Source: Macrostomum lignano (Eukaryota). Taken from it: DNA of 64,000 bases. How positions within the stretch are numbered: the first letter of the stretch is position 1; every line of letters begins with the position of its first letter. The notes beneath the pieces are model-generated. The model was not told the origin of the DNA. It saw only the letters and a program-made list of their open reading frames with translations, and made no database searches. The stretch covers positions 620,001 to 684,000 of the forward strand of contig NIVC01000245.1 in assembly GCA_002269645.1 (NCBI GenBank). The letters run 5' to 3'. Of this stretch, positions 23,404-39,600 are shown one piece after another. A program made the translations under genes and the position numbers.

Positions 23404-25740
23404 ATGCCAGCCAAAGGCATCGGTGCGCGTCGAAAAACGCTTCTCTTAGTAACTGCCCTGGTGGCAGCAGTGCTGATTGCAGTCTCACTGGCCATTCTGC
23501 TGTCTCTGCTGCTGCGATCTGCCCCTGACAATGGAAACGCCGGAGTTGAAGACAAGTCAAACTACCGACTGCCAACCGACGTGAAGCCAGTGAGCTACGC
23601 CCTGACCCTTGCTCCGTTTATTTACTCGAACATTCGTGATGATTGCTACTTCACTGGCAGTGTCTCCATCGCTGTTGAAGCTGTTAACGACACTGACATG
23701 CTCAGGTTGCACTCCGTCCGATTGGAAGTTCCAACAGTGCGGGTGCGAAACAGCACAGGTGGTGACGTCAGTGTAGAGAAAATTGAGGAAAATGTGGAGA
23801 AACAATGGCTGACCATTAAGCTGGGCGAGCCGCTTCGAGCCGGCGAGACCTACACAGTGCTGATCGACAGATTCAAAGGAAAATTCGTGAAGAATGGAAA
23901 AACTGGTCTCTACTTGAGCAGCAGTTATTCTGAGAACAGCACAGAATACTATCTGGTATCATCGCAGCTTGAACCAACCCATGCTAGAGAAGTTTTTCCC
24001 TGCTTTGATGAGCCAGCAATGAAGGCGGAGTTCAATGTCAGTTTGGTCAGAGGCAGAGAATTCACTGCTCTGAGCAACATGCCAATCAAATCCTCATCCT
24101 TAGTATCTGGAAACACCTGGTTTCCCAACTCTGCGGAACCCAAAGCTGTAATGAAAGACGATTTCAAGACAACTCCGACAATGTCTACCTACACCCTGGC
24201 CTTCCTGGTGGCGAAGTTTCAATCCATCAGTCTTACCGACAGCAAGGGACGAGTTTTTACCAACTGGCTGCCACCAGAGCTGGTCCAGAAATCCAACTTC
24301 ACTCTTTCTCTAGCTGCTAAAGCCATCGGAGCCTTTGAAGAGCTGCTCAACGTGACCTATAAAATGAACATCACCAAGCAAGCAGGGGTTCCTCTGTTTC
24401 ACTTTGCGGCGATGGAGAACTGGGGACTCATAATTTACCAGCAGAATATCCTTGTGTACGATGAGAATACTACCACAACAAAATCAAAACTATCAAACGC
24501 TCTCACCGTGTCTCACGAAATCGCCCACCAGTGGTTTGGGAACCTGGTTACTATGAAATGGTGGAGCGAAATCTGGCTCATCGAAGCATTTTCGATATTC
24601 TACAGCTATCTGGGGCTCGATTTATGGGGCTCGGAGTCGGACTTGGACAGTCATTTTGTTGTGGATCAAAAATATAAGCATGTTATGAACCTCGAACGAA
24701 AACGTTATAAAGTTCACCCGATCCAGATGAACGTCTCAACACCAACGGAAATTGATGGTCTTTTTGACTACATTGTATATTACAAAGGTGGCTCCGTAGT
24801 TCGAATGATGCACAACTCCATCGGCGCTCGCGTGTTTGGCGCTGCCGTGTCCAGCTACATCAGGAAGCACAGCTACTCAAACGCTGGCTCGGAAGATTTT
24901 TACTCCAGTCTGAATGAGCAGCTGCGGATTCACAAGCAGAGCCTGGACGCTAAAACGGTGATGAGTTCGTGGGTCAAGCAGGTAGGCTATCCACTGGTGA
25001 CTTGCTCCATGGAAAATGGTTCGCTGCTTCTCAGGCAGCAGGATATTGTAAGCCTCAGTCATAAAGAGAAGTCCAACCTGACCTGGAGTATTCCCATCAC
25101 TGCCATGACCAACTTGAACCATACTGGATGGAGCAGATCGGAGGTGGCGCACCTGGTTCACTGGATGAGAGGCGAGACGCTAAGGCTGCCCTTGGACTCA
25201 TCTACGGATTGGTACCTGATCAACCTGAGGTCGAGCGGGCACTATCAGGTGAATTATGACAGACAGAACTGGGACAGACTGGCTGCTCAGTTAACAACAG
25301 ATCACACAGTGTTCACACCTGCTGACAGAGCCAGTCTGATATATGACAGCTTCACCTTGGCATCTCTAGGAATAATTGATTACTCTGTGCCGTTGAAGAT
25401 CGTCACGGGATACTTGGAGAATGAAACCGAGTTCGCACCTTGGGCCGTATTTTGGAGCAACTTGAAGAAAATGACTTCCTCCGTTCTGCCAGTAAAAACT
25501 GTGAAGCGCATCGCTAAAAAAGTTTTCAATTATGTCACAACTGTCACTCCGAAGGCATCGCCATTGGTTGGGATGCTGGCTGAGTTGACAGCTCGCGAGA
25601 CTTGCGACCGAGATTTTACCTATTGCATCAACTTCGCCAAAGATGAGTGCAATAAATGTAAGGTCAGGAACTCGACTTGTCTGAAAAATCCGGACATCTC
25701 TGAGGATATTACAGGGTACAAATGTAAAACAGGAAAATGA
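23404..25740 (+). CDS. M1-family zinc aminopeptidase (aminopeptidase N/TRHDE-like), type II membrane, intronless, 778 aa
   Basis: N-terminal TM anchor; YRLP, SQLEPTHAREVFPCFDEP, AAMENWGL, HEIAH-x18-E, catalytic Tyr in YYKG; ERAP1-like C-terminal domain begins but ends early. Confidence 0.92.
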   Translation: MPAKGIGARRKTLLLVTALVAAVLIAVSLAILLSLLLRSAPDNGNAGVEDKSNYRLPTDVKPVSYALTLAPFIYSNIRDDCYFTGSVSIAVEAVNDTDMLRLHSVRLEVPTVRVRNSTGGDVSVEKIEENVEKQWLTIKLGEPLRAGETYTVLIDRFKGKFVKNGKTGLYLSSSYSENSTEYYLVSSQLEPTHAREVFPCFDEPAMKAEFNVSLVRGREFTALSNMPIKSSSLVSGNTWFPNSAEPKAVMKDDFKTTPTMSTYTLAFLVAKFQSISLTDSKGRVFTNWLPPELVQKSNFTLSLAAKAIGAFEELLNVTYKMNITKQAGVPLFHFAAMENWGLIIYQQNILVYDENTTTTKSKLSNALTVSHEIAHQWFGNLVTMKWWSEIWLIEAFSIFYSYLGLDLWGSESDLDSHFVVDQKYKHVMNLERKRYKVHPIQMNVSTPTEIDGLFDYIVYYKGGSVVRMMHNSIGARVFGAAVSSYIRKHSYSNAGSEDFYSSLNEQLRIHKQSLDAKTVMSSWVKQVGYPLVTCSMENGSLLLRQQDIVSLSHKEKSNLTWSIPITAMTNLNHTGWSRSEVAHLVHWMRGETLRLPLDSSTDWYLINLRSSGHYQVNYDRQNWDRLAAQLTTDHTVFTPADRASLIYDSFTLASLGIIDYSVPLKIVTGYLENETEFAPWAVFWSNLKKMTSSVLPVKTVKRIAKKVFNYVTTVTPKASPLVGMLAELTARETCDRDFTYCINFAKDECNKCKVRNSTCLKNPDISEDITGYKCKTGK

Positions 25741-27109
25741 TTTGCATCACACACCGTATCCAAAGCTGCCGTGCGAACAATTGAAAACACAGAAACGATG
25801 AAATATTATATCGGAATTACATTAAAAGTCCATATACTAATATGTAGTAGTAGTATATAACAACGACAACCAAAACTGCACCCACCTTCCGCCGGCCATG
25901 AGTGGCCACAGAAAGGGGAAGATGTCAGGGCACAAGATTTAAGGCCGCACTTTAAAAAAATCAATAGCTGCACTGAACTGTGAGATTTAAATATAATGTG
26001 TTATTAACAGTCAATTTACTATTAATTTTTTGTTTTATGTTTAACTAGAACAGTCGAGATGTTTACAATGGATTGTATACATTGTTAAAAAATTATAACA
26101 CTGAGCTCTATTAGACCTTTTGGGTGGAACAGTTTACCATTTTATTCACGATAACTTTAGTTATACTTATCTGCGTATTTAATTGTAAAAAAAAACTTTT
26201 AATAGACTCCAACAAGCCCCGCTCCTTAAAAATACAATTGCTTCAATTGATAGCTCGTAGATACTTTAATAATTATAGATGGGTGATAGGCCACTCAGCA
26301 CATTTGCGTGTAATCTACTCTCAGTCCAGTAGTAAGTTAAACAGAAGCATTTTACGAGCGTAGCTAATGTATTTTTAAAAGCCTACAAGGCTTAGACTTA
26401 CCCCCACCCAGCTTAGACCCTCCAACCGCGCCTTTGTACACCAACCCCGTCCCGTTCCAATTTTTATTGCCCTCTCTCGGAATTCCAGCCTAAAGCTGCC
26501 ATGTACATTTCAGTGGACTGGCCAATGTACATTATGGCTGAACCAATTAGCAAGCTGCTTACGTCCGCAGGCTTGGGCTTGTAATCTAAACTTATCAAAG
26601 CCATTTCAGTTTCAGCTGCCTTTATTTTTATAAAATAGCTTATGTATTCTTCTTTGCTACTGAACTGAAAGTCGAAAGCACTTTTACAAAGTATATATTT
26701 TGTTTAGTATTTGTGGTGGATAGTGGGTAGAGGGTAGCTTCTCGTGTGACTGAACGGCCAAGGTACCCTGAGCTAAACTTTTAGCAGCTCCGCGGACATT
26801 TTTATAGGTATACACAACAAAGGTGTGGCCACCAACCAGTGACTGCATACAAAAAGTACACCCGAGATGGGATCCCAGCCTGCTACTACGGAGCCATTTT
26901 GGAGCCATGCTTAGACTATTTTTTGCGAAGGGACTCTGTGAGTGGTACATGTAGACTTGCAACAGAGGATTTTTTTCTAGAGCGCGGTTCCCAAAAGGAG
27001 GCCTCAGTAATTTCCTAATTCCCCAGGATTCTGCTTCTGCGGTCAATCTGGAATTGATGATTGAACGGGATAGCTAAGCCGAGGATCAAAGACGATCTCA
27101 CAGTGCTGT

Positions 27110-28100
27110 TAGGCACAGATGAGTCACCTGTTAGACACAGAAGAGTCACCTGTTAGACACAGAGGAGACACCTGTTAGACACAGAATAGACACCTGTTAG
27201 ACACAGAGGAGACACCTGTTAGACACAGAGGAGACACCTGTTAGACATGGATGAGTCACCTGTTAGACACAGAGGAGTCACCTGTTAGATACAGAGGAGT
27301 CACCTGTTAGACACAGAGGAGTCACCTGTTAGATACAGAGGAGTCACCTGTTAGACACGGATGAATCACCTGTTAGACACAGATGAGTCACCTGTTAGAC
27401 ACAGATAAGTCACCTGTTAGACACGGATGAGTCACCTGTTAGACACAGATGAGTCACCTGTTAGACACAGATAAGTCGCCTGTTAGACACAGAGGAGTCA
27501 CCTGTTAGACACAGAGTAGACACCTGTTAGACACAGATGAGTCACCTGTTAGATACAGAGGAGTCACCTGTTAGACATGGATGAGTCACCTGTTAGACAC
27601 AGAGGAGTCACCTGTTAGATACAGAGGAGTCACCTGTTAGACACAGAGGAGTCACCTATTAGATACAGAGGAGTCACCTGTTAGACACGGATGAGTCACC
27701 TGTTAGACACAGAGGAGTCACCTGTTAGACACAGAGGAGTCACCTGTTAGACACGGATGAGTCACCTGTTAGACACAGAGGAGTCACCTGCTAGACACAG
27801 AGGAGTCACCTGTTAGACACAGAGGAGTCACCTGTTAGACACGGATGATTCACCTGTTAGACACGGATGAGTCACCTGTTAGACACAGATGAGTCACCTG
27901 TTAAACACGGATGAGTCACCTGTTAGACATGGATGAGTCACCTGTTAGACACAGAGGAGGCCCCTGTTAGACACAGAGGAGTCACCTGTTAGACACAGAG
28001 GAGGCCCCTGTTAGACACGGATGAGTCACCTGTTAGACACAGAGGAGTCACCTGTTAGACACAGAGGAGTCACCTGTTAACGGAGGAGTCACCTGTTAGA
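27110..28100. repeat. Minisatellite, 22 bp unit (acacagaggagtcacctgttag)
   Basis: Period 22 (27241 to 27263). Confidence 0.96.
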
Positions 28101-28550
28101 CACAGGATCAACCTGTTATGATTCTTTTACTATTGAATAATGAATGAGCTGAAAGAATTAAAAGTACATGCTGCAACAAAATGTTTAAAGTGATTAATTA
28201 TGCAAACAGCCTTGAGTAGAACAGGATTTTATTGAGAAACATCAATAAGCAATAAAATGAGGAACACTTAGTTGAAATCCTAAAGAAATGAAGTGCTTTA
28301 CTCAGTCCGGAAGCGGCTGCTTCAGAGAGACGAAGTTTTTAAAAGTTTTTCAAAAAAGTGTCAGAACAAAATCTTGTTTAACTGAGCAACATATTTAATA
28401 GTCAAATTGAATTTTGAACACATGAGCCCGATTTAAAACGATGACTGAAAAGGAGAAAAAACTGAAATAAAAACGAAACCCAATTAGCCAAGTAAAAAAT
28501 TCAATTCACTTTTTTGTTTTAATCAGCCAACAAGTTAAAACAAATTTCGA

Positions 28551-30805
<2,255 letters not shown>

Positions 30806-31264
30806 ATTGTATTTCTACCGTGAAAATAGTTAACTTAGAGAAATTCCTTGCTGGCTTAAAACCCTGGACTGCTTGCGCATATTTATACATTGAAGACAAT
30901 AAAGAGTATCGACTCCCATTAGAGCCCTGAAGCCGCTAAGCGGCCAAGGACATAAGTTTATTGATCTGTCAGAAATATGGAAAAAACCATTTGCAAACCA
31001 GCTAGGATATTGAAGTCACGCGCGGGCTTCCGAAAATTTCCGAATACAATGGCTAATTGATCCAGTGTGGGGGTTGGGTCACTAGCAGCTTTAATAGCCA
31101 GAGAATATTTATTAGTCATAACTCTTGACAACCGGTTGGGCAAGTTGGCCAGTTAATAACAATTTTTTAACTGACTGTCGGAACTTCCAAACTTGTTGAC
31201 GTTTTACGAGGTAATACTGAGCTTCAACCGGTATGTGTGAGCCCCGGTACGACCTGCCCTTCCA

Positions 31265-32312
31265 GGGGCGGCTTCAGCGAGACTTCAGGGGCGGCTTCAG
31301 CGAGACTTCAGGGGCGGCTTCAGCGAGACTTCAGGGGTGATTCTTAGTGAGGTGTTCAGGGGCGAATCTTAGTGAGGGGTTCAGGGGCGATTCTTAGTGA
31401 GGCTTCAGGGGGATTCTCATTGAGCGATTCTTAGTGAGGGTTCAGGGGCGATTCTCATTGAGCGATTCTTAGTGAGGGTTCAGGGGCGATTCTTATTGAG
31501 CGATTCTTAGTGAGGGTTTAGGGGGATTCTTATTGAGCGATTCTTAGTGAGGGTTCAGGGGCGATTCTTATTGAGCGATTCTTAGTGAGGTTTTAGGGGG
31601 ATTCTTATTGAGCGATTCTTAGTGAGACTTCAGGGGTGATTCTTAGTGAGGTGTTCAGGGGCGAATCTTAGTGAAGGGTTCAGGGGCGATTCTTAGTGAG
31701 GCTTCAGGGGGATTCTCATTGAGCGATTCTTAGTGAGGGTTCAGGGGCGATTCTTATTGAGCGATTCTTAGTGAGGCTTCAGGGGGATTCTTATTGAGCG
31801 ATTCTTAGTGAGGCTTCAGGGGCGATTCTTATTGAGCGATTCTTAGTGAGGGTTCAGGGGCGATTCTTATTGAGCGATTCTTATTGAGCGATTCTTAGTG
31901 AGGCTTCAGGGGCGATTCTTATTGAGCGATTCTTAGTGAGGGTTTAGGGGCGATTCTTATTGAGCGATTCTTAGTGAGGGTTCAGGGGCGATTCTTATTG
32001 AGCGATTCTTAGTGAGGGTTCAGGGGCGATTCTTATTGAGCGATTCTTAGTGAGGCTTCAGGGGCGATTCTCATTGAGCGATTCTTAGTGAGGGTTCAGG
32101 GGCGATTCTTATTGAGCGATTCTTAGTGAGGCTTCAGGGGCGATTCTTAGTGAGGCTTCAGGGGCGGTTTTAGTGAGTTATTCAGGGGCGATTCTTAGTG
32201 AGTTATTCAGGGGCGATTCTTAGTGAGGCTTCAGGGGCGGTTTTAGTGAGTTATTCAGGGGCGATTCTTAGTGAGTTATTCAGGGGCGATTCTTAGTGAG
32301 TGGTTCAGGGGC
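31265..32312. repeat. Composite minisatellite (~37-38 bp unit of ~24 bp and 14 bp subunits, both containing gcgattctta)
   Basis: gcgattcttagtgagggttcagggg alternates with gcgattcttattga. Confidence 0.93.
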
Positions 32313-33547
32313 AATACTTCCTCAACGCCAAAAAATGCACAAACGAAGGAAGAGAAAGTGACAAAAAGAACAAAGTCGAGTTAAGTTGAATTTTTTAGCT
32401 TCGAATTTTGATTTTTCATTAGGCGTGTCTACAAATATGCATATATGGTATGAAGTATATAAATTTATTTATAATAGCTGCTATAATGGATACAATATTT
32501 GAATTAACTGACAGTAAAAGAAAAACAAAAGTTTTGTAAAAATTAAAAAGTTAATTATAGGCAATTATATTGTACCCACTTTTAAAGAGCTTCAGTTTCC
32601 AAAAGAATTAGTCATAAAAAGGTTTGTATATTACTGAATTACATAATTAGTAGTCAATAAGTAATGCAAAAGTTTTAATTGATAAGTTTTGCTTTACATG
32701 CATGCTTCAGCTATTTACTCGTAGCAGATTAAAACAAACAAAATGAACTGATTTTATACACATGCCCGCACTATACTACTGCATTAGCAACAGATGAATT
32801 GCATTTTTCTTATTGCAGAAGCCCTAAAAATGATAATTATACACTATGCATAAAATTACTACAATTAAAACGACACCAATATTAAAAAATGAACAAATAC
32901 CCTAGCAGTACTACTGACACGAAAAGCTGCAAAATTTTCTTCTTTTGTATTTTCTGACAAACGATGCAAAAAAGAAAAAGCCAGTCAGGTAAAAAAGAAG
33001 AAGCTAAAGAAGCTCAGGGTCAATGATTTTAACAGAACTTAATTTGTTTAAAAGCGCGCATAACAGCAATAAGCAATTGCAATAATAACTAATGCAAATC
33101 AGTCAGTACCGCCTTTTTCTACGTAGTAAATAAAAATGACACTAACATGCTCGAACTAGCTACTTATAGTAGAAAATGTTAAAGCACAATAGAAAGCATT
33201 TAACGCAAAAAACCAATTACAAACGTTAACTTTTTTTGAGATTCGGTACGCCAGTGGAAAATGGTATTTATCAGCATTGCACATTTATACTACTGTACAA
33301 TTTCAAAACAAATAAGTAGTTGAAACAAATTTTCATTCAGAAATTAGTTTAAATTCAAGTTCTCTTATCAGTGTGTAAAATTCAAAACCACAGGAAAAAA
33401 CTAAAAACTAAAGAAATACATAATATCAATAAAACTAACAAACTAATTATAATCAAAATTTAATTATTTCATTTAATTGTTAACTTTTTAATTTAATTTG
33501 ATTTTATTAACGTTATATATTAAAATTTATATATTATAATATTTTCA

Positions 33548-34465
33548 GTTTGGGGCGATTCTAAATATACTTTGTCTACGGGGATTCTAAATATATTTAG
33601 TTTAGGGGCGATTCTAAATTTATTTAGTTTAGGGGCGATTCTAAATATATTTAGTTTAGGGGCGATTCTAAATATATTTAGTTTAGGGGCGATTCTAAAT
33701 ATATTTAGTTTAGGGGCGATTCTAAATATATTTAGTTTAGGGGCGATTTTAAATATATTTAGTTTAGGGGCGATTTTAAATATATTTAGTTTAGGGGCGA
33801 TTCTAAATATATTTAGTTTAGGGGTGACTCTAAATATGTTTAATTTAGGGGTGACTCTAAATATATTTAGTTTAGGGGTGACTCTAAATATGTTTAATTT
33901 AGGGGTGACTCTAAATATATTTAGTTTAGGGGTGACTCTAAATATATTTAGTTTAGGGGTGACTCTAAATATATTTAGTTTAGGGGTGACTCTAAATATA
34001 TTTAGTTAAGGGGTGACTCTAAATATATTTAGTTTAGGGGCGATTTTAAATATATTTAGTTTAGGGGTGACTCTAAATATGTTTAGTTTAGGGGCGATTT
34101 TAAATATATTTAGTTTAGGGGCGATTCTAAATACATTTAGTTTAGGGGCGATTATAAATATATTTAGTTTAGGGGCGATTATAAATATATTTAGTTTAGG
34201 GGCGATTCTAAATATATTTAGTTTAGGGGCGATTCTAAATACATTTAGTTTAGGGGCGATTCTAAATATATTTAGTTTAGGGGTGACTCTAAATATATTT
34301 AGTTTAGGGGTGACTCTAAATATATTTAGTTTAGGGGTGACTCTAAATATATTTAGTTTAGGGGTGACTCTAAATATGTGTAGTTTAGGGGTGACTCTAA
34401 ATATATTTAGTTTAGGGGCGATTCTAAATATGTTTAGTTTAGGGGTGACTTTAAATATGTTTAGT
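33548..34465. repeat. Minisatellite, 27 bp unit (ggggcgattctaaatatatttagttta)
   Basis: Direct reading; LGAILNIFS repeat in the ORF track. Confidence 0.96.
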
Positions 34466-34826
34466 TTATTATTTTAAAAAACTGTTTATGAATTAGCAGG
34501 CTTAAATGGCTAAGGCTTGGTCAAGTATGGCTAATCTTATGGCTTTTTTAAAGAAAAAACTAAATAAACAATTAAAAAACAGAAAGAAAACAAAATCGAC
34601 TTGAAAATATCGAGCAATAGGATAGTGTAGGATATTTAAAAAAAATTCTTATAATTTACAATTAAAATTGCAGCAGTTAAACAAACAAGCCAAACAAACA
34701 AACAATATTATTGCAGAGATCCGTGACAAATTTTATAACTTCAAAATAGAACAGACCAAGCATGTTAATCTTATTCACTACTTGTGATAGTCGAATATAG
34801 TGAGAATTTAAGGAAACATCAATTTT

Positions 34827-36600
34827 TTATTGCCAAACTGGGGCCGGGTGTTTCCAAGCCACGGTTGCCGTGGAAACCGTGGGCGCCATGCCGCTAGCCG
34901 AGGATACGAAGCTGTGCGACATCTGCGACTGCTGAGGCTGCTGGCTGAGAGGATGGACGCCAACTGAGGACTGCGACGTTGGAGGTATGGTCATGGGGAT
35001 GGAGCTGCGACTGCGCGACGAGGCTGAGCTGCTGTCTGAAAACAAGATGTACGATTCTCAGAAAATAAGATCATGTATGATTCTTAGAAAATAATATCAT
35101 GCATGATTCTTAGAAAAAGGTATCAACTTTGATTCTTAGAAAATGAGATCAAGTACGATTCTTAGAAAATAAGATCATGTATGATTCTTAGAAAATGTTA
35201 TCATGTATGATTCTTAGAAAATAAGATCATGTATGATTCTTAGAAAATGGTATCAAATATGATTCTTAGAAAATGGTATCAACTATGATTCTTAGAAAAT
35301 GAGATCATGTATGATTCTTAGAAAATGAGAGCATGTATGATTCTTAGAAAATGAGAGCATGTATGATTCTTAGAAAATGAGAGCATGTATGATTCTTAGA
35401 AAATGAGAGCATGTATGATTCTTAGAAAATGAGAGCATGCATGATTCTTAGAAAATGAGAGCATGTATGATTCTTAGAAAATGAGAGCATGTATGATTCT
35501 TAGAAAATGAGAGCATGTATGATTCTTAGAAAATGAGAGCATGTATGATTCTTAGAAAATGAGAGCATGTATGATTCTTAGAAAATGAGAGCATGTATGA
35601 TTCTTAGAAAATGAGAGCATGTATGATTCTTAGAAAATGAGAGCATGCATGATTCTTAGAAAATGAGAGCATGCATGATTCTTAGAAAATGAGAGCATGT
35701 ATGATTCTTAGAAAATGAGAGCATGTATGATTCTTAGAAAATGAGAGCATGCATGATTCTTAGAAAATGACATTGTGTATAATTCTTAGAGAATGAGATC
35801 ACGTGTGATTCATAGAGAATGAGACCACCAGTGATTCTTAGAAATGATAAGATCAGTTGACATTATTCAAAAATTAGATTAGGGTGATTCTTGCAGAATT
35901 AAACAAGGGCACCTTTATTAGTGATGAGGCATTTCTTAGAAATTGAAATTAATTAGATCGATTCTTACAGCAGGAATGAAATATGTAACGGCTTTTAAAA
36001 TGACGAATAAATCTAGTTCTTCTAAAGCATCTATTATGCGTGAATAGGATCCACTACCGAAAAATATGAAAAGTCAAAGTACACTATCAAAGTCACATAT
36101 ATCAGAGGTAGTATTGCGATTAATATTAGTAGTACTAGTAAAACGCTTTGCAATTTTTTAACAGATGTAAACTACTTTGATTCTACAACTGCTTCTACTA
36201 GAACTACTACTACTATTATAATAACATTATTACTACTCCTACTACGAATACTACTAATGCTACTACTAACTAGAATCGAGTAGTGTCAAGTGTCACAAGG
36301 AGTCAAGAAACTAAGACATTAGAAGGATTTTCATAGCACAACACCAAATGCTACAGACCGCACAAAAGTGACTCGAACCCACCTGAATTATCGCTAACAA
36401 CTGTAGTCGAATTAGCCGGAGGCATGACACCGCCAATCATGCCAGTCTGCTGCTGTTGTTGCTGCTGCTGCTGCTGCATCAGCACACTGCTGTATTGGCT
36501 CAGACCCTCAGAATCAGTCGTGCCGTACAGACTGGGGTAGCTGGGCGGCGGAGCGCCCCAGGTTCCTTGAGGCGGCGGAAGCGGAATCTGATGATGAAGT

Positions 36601-36641
<41 letters not shown>

Positions 36642-39600
36642 AGAGGACATTAATCCCATAGGATACTGCTGAGGAGGCTGGGGCTGCGGCATGCCCAGAT
36701 CGGCGCCGCTGTCCATCAGGTTGAGCTTGGACATGCCCATAGTAGGCAGTGGAGCCTGGGCAGAGTCCAGCATCGTGTGCAGATGAGGCTGGTGCCCGGC
36801 GCAGTCTCCGAATACATAATAGCACTGCTCGGAGAAGCTCACTTTATTCACTGTGTGGCGAATATAACCCCGCTTCAGCATCTCCAGCGCCATCTTGCGG
36901 GCCTCTTTGCGTTCTGAGAAGCCTTCGACTCGGGAGTAGAGCCAGTCAACCAGATCTGAGCCTGGAGGTGGCGGAAGGTACCAATTAGCTGGGGAGTGGA
37001 GAATAACAAAGAAAAATCTTGAGGAATAACTAGGAGGTAGAGAAAGTAGACAGAGAATGAGAAGTAGATGGTTGAAAAGAAGAAAGATAGAGACTGAGTG
37101 GGAGATGGGTGAGAAAGTAGATAGAGAATAAGAGGTAGATGGGTGAGAAAGTAGATAGAGAATAAGAGGTAGATGGGTGAGAAAGTAGATAGAGAATAAG
37201 AGGTAGATGGGTGAGAAAGTAGATAGAGAATGAGGTAGATAAGTAAAAAGTAGATAGAGAATAAGAGGTAGATGGGTGAGAAAGTAGATGGAGAATAAGA
37301 GGTAGATGGATGAGAAAGTAGATAGAGAATAAGAGGTAGATGGGTGAGAAAGTAGATAGAGAATAAGAGGTAGATGGGTGAGAAAGTAGATAGAGAATAA
37401 GAGGTAGATGGGTGAGAAAGTAGATAGAGAATAAGAGGTAGATGGATGAGAAAGTAGATGGAGAATAAGAGGTAGATGGGTGAGAAAGTAGATAGAGAAT
37501 AAGAGGTAGATGGGTGAGAAAGTAGATAGAGAATAAGAGGTAGATGGGTGAGAAAGTAGATAAACAATAAGAGGTAGATGGGTGAGAAAGTAGATGGAGA
37601 ATAAGAGGTAGATGGATGAGAAAGTAGATAGAGAATAAGAGGTAGATGGATGAGAAAGTAGATAGAGTATAAGATGTAGATGGGTGAGAAAGTAGATAGA
37701 GAATAAGAGGTAGATGGGTGAGAAAGTAGATAGAGAATAAGAGGTAGATGGGTGAGAAAGTAGATAGAGAATGAGGTAGATAAGTAAAAAGTAGATAGAG
37801 AATAAGAGGTAGATGGGTGAGAAAGTAGATAGAGAATGAGGTAGATAAGTAAAAAGTAGATAGAGAATGAGGTAGATAAGTAAAAAGTAGATAGAGAATA
37901 AGAGGTAGATGGGTGAGAAAGTAGATGGAGAATAAGAGGTAGATGGATGAGAAAGTAGATAGAGAATAAGAGGTAGATGGGTGAGAAAGTAGATAGAGAA
38001 TAAGAGGTAGATGGGTGAGAAAGTAGATAGAGAATAAGAGGTAGATGGGTGAGAAAGTAGATAGAGAATAAGAGGTAGATGGGTGAGAAAGTAGATTGCG
38101 AATAAGAGGTAGATGGGTGAGAAAGTAGATAGACAATAAGAGGTAGATGGGTGAGAAAGTAGATGGAGAATAAGAGGTAGATGGATGAGAAAGTAGATAA
38201 AGTATAAAATGTAGATGGGTGAGAAAGTAGATAGAGAATAAGAGGTAGATGGATGAGAAAGTAGATAGAGTATAAGATGTAGATGGGTGAGAAAGTAGAT
38301 AGAGAATAAGAGGTAGATGGGTGAGAAAGTAGATAGAGAATAAGAGGTAGATGGGTGAGAAAGTAGACTCAGAGTTAGATAGAGGATAGACGAGAAAAGA
38401 TATAGAGACCGGGAGAGAGATCGGTAATAGAACTACTTGGACTACCGACATGTAGCGTAAAAAACTACACAGAGGCGCAAATCAATATTTAAAACAATCA
38501 GGTCACACAAACACTAACCGATAAAAGCCTTGGGTATGGTGATCTTCAGCCAAGTTCGGTCGCGAACCTCCAGTCCAGAGTCCGGCAGTGCCATAGCCTT
38601 GACAATGGTGATCAGATCGGTTCTGGTAGTCAGGGGTGGCATCAGCTCCTCGGCTGTGTAGCGCTCAGACTCGGGCAGAGAGCAGGACGATGTGCTCACG
38701 CTGGCCGCTGAAATTTGGGGTTGGGACTTTGTTATAATCTCCTATGAGGAATCTAATCCCTACTTAATAATCTCCTATGAGGAATCTAATCTCACTTGAT
38801 TGTCTTCCATGAGAAATCTAATCTCACTTGATAATCTTCCATGAGGAATCTAATCTCACTTGATAATCTTCCATGAGGAATCTAATCTCACTTGATAATC
38901 TTCCATGAGGAATCTAATCTCACTTGATAATCTTCCATGAGGAATCTAATCCCACTTGATAACCCCCTGTAAGGAACCAAACCCTTCCCAATGAAACCAT
39001 CTTCCCAGAGACCCCGACGCCACTCACCAGTAACAGTCAACCGGCTATCGCACAAGTTCTCGCCGCCCATACAAGAGGCCGCAGGCGTAACCTGAGATGA
39101 CCCGCCGCCGGACACTCCGCTAGCCCCGGCAGAGCTGGGGTCCTGTCGCATAGCATTAGTGTGCAGTACCCAGGCCCTCGGATCGATAGGCCTGACAGGC
39201 TCCTCTCTAGGCACTCTCAGATAGTCTCTGGAGTCCCAGCACTTGGCCACCACCAGAGTAATCTTGCCCGGCTTCTGAACCTGTTCGCGTAGAATTCGAA
39301 CAGCTTCGTCATTTTCTAAATTTTCAAAGGTGACGCCGTTCACCTCTAAGAGCATGTCGCCTGGCTGGATGCTGCCTTCGCGTTCCACAGCGCCGCCGCG
39401 CATGATTGAACCGACGTAGATGCCTCCTGAGCCGCCGTTGACTGCCGGGTGGCCAACTATGCTGATGCCGAGGAACTGCACCGCGTCCATGTCCAGCTCC
39501 ACCGTTTGCACGTTTAGGGAGAAGGCTGACTCTGTGATGCTGCTGAATGAGGAGGTCTGGAGTGGGGGGGGGGGGTTTAAGGGTGATTTTTAATGGCTTT

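Noticed and set aside
30806-34826. dvl-arginase as a trans-spliced operon, and ORF 30958-31143 as an extra gene
   Set aside because: A 4-kb repeat-filled gap, no recognisable spliced-leader evidence, and no motif in the ORF; cannot be supported from sequence alone.
37030-38451. Long ORFs over tandem arrays (473 aa here; also 18064-18777, 19515-20551, 22445-23014, 33572-34477, 39590-40054, 6586-7111)
   Set aside because: Stop-free frames produced by repeat units; several lie inside defined introns.
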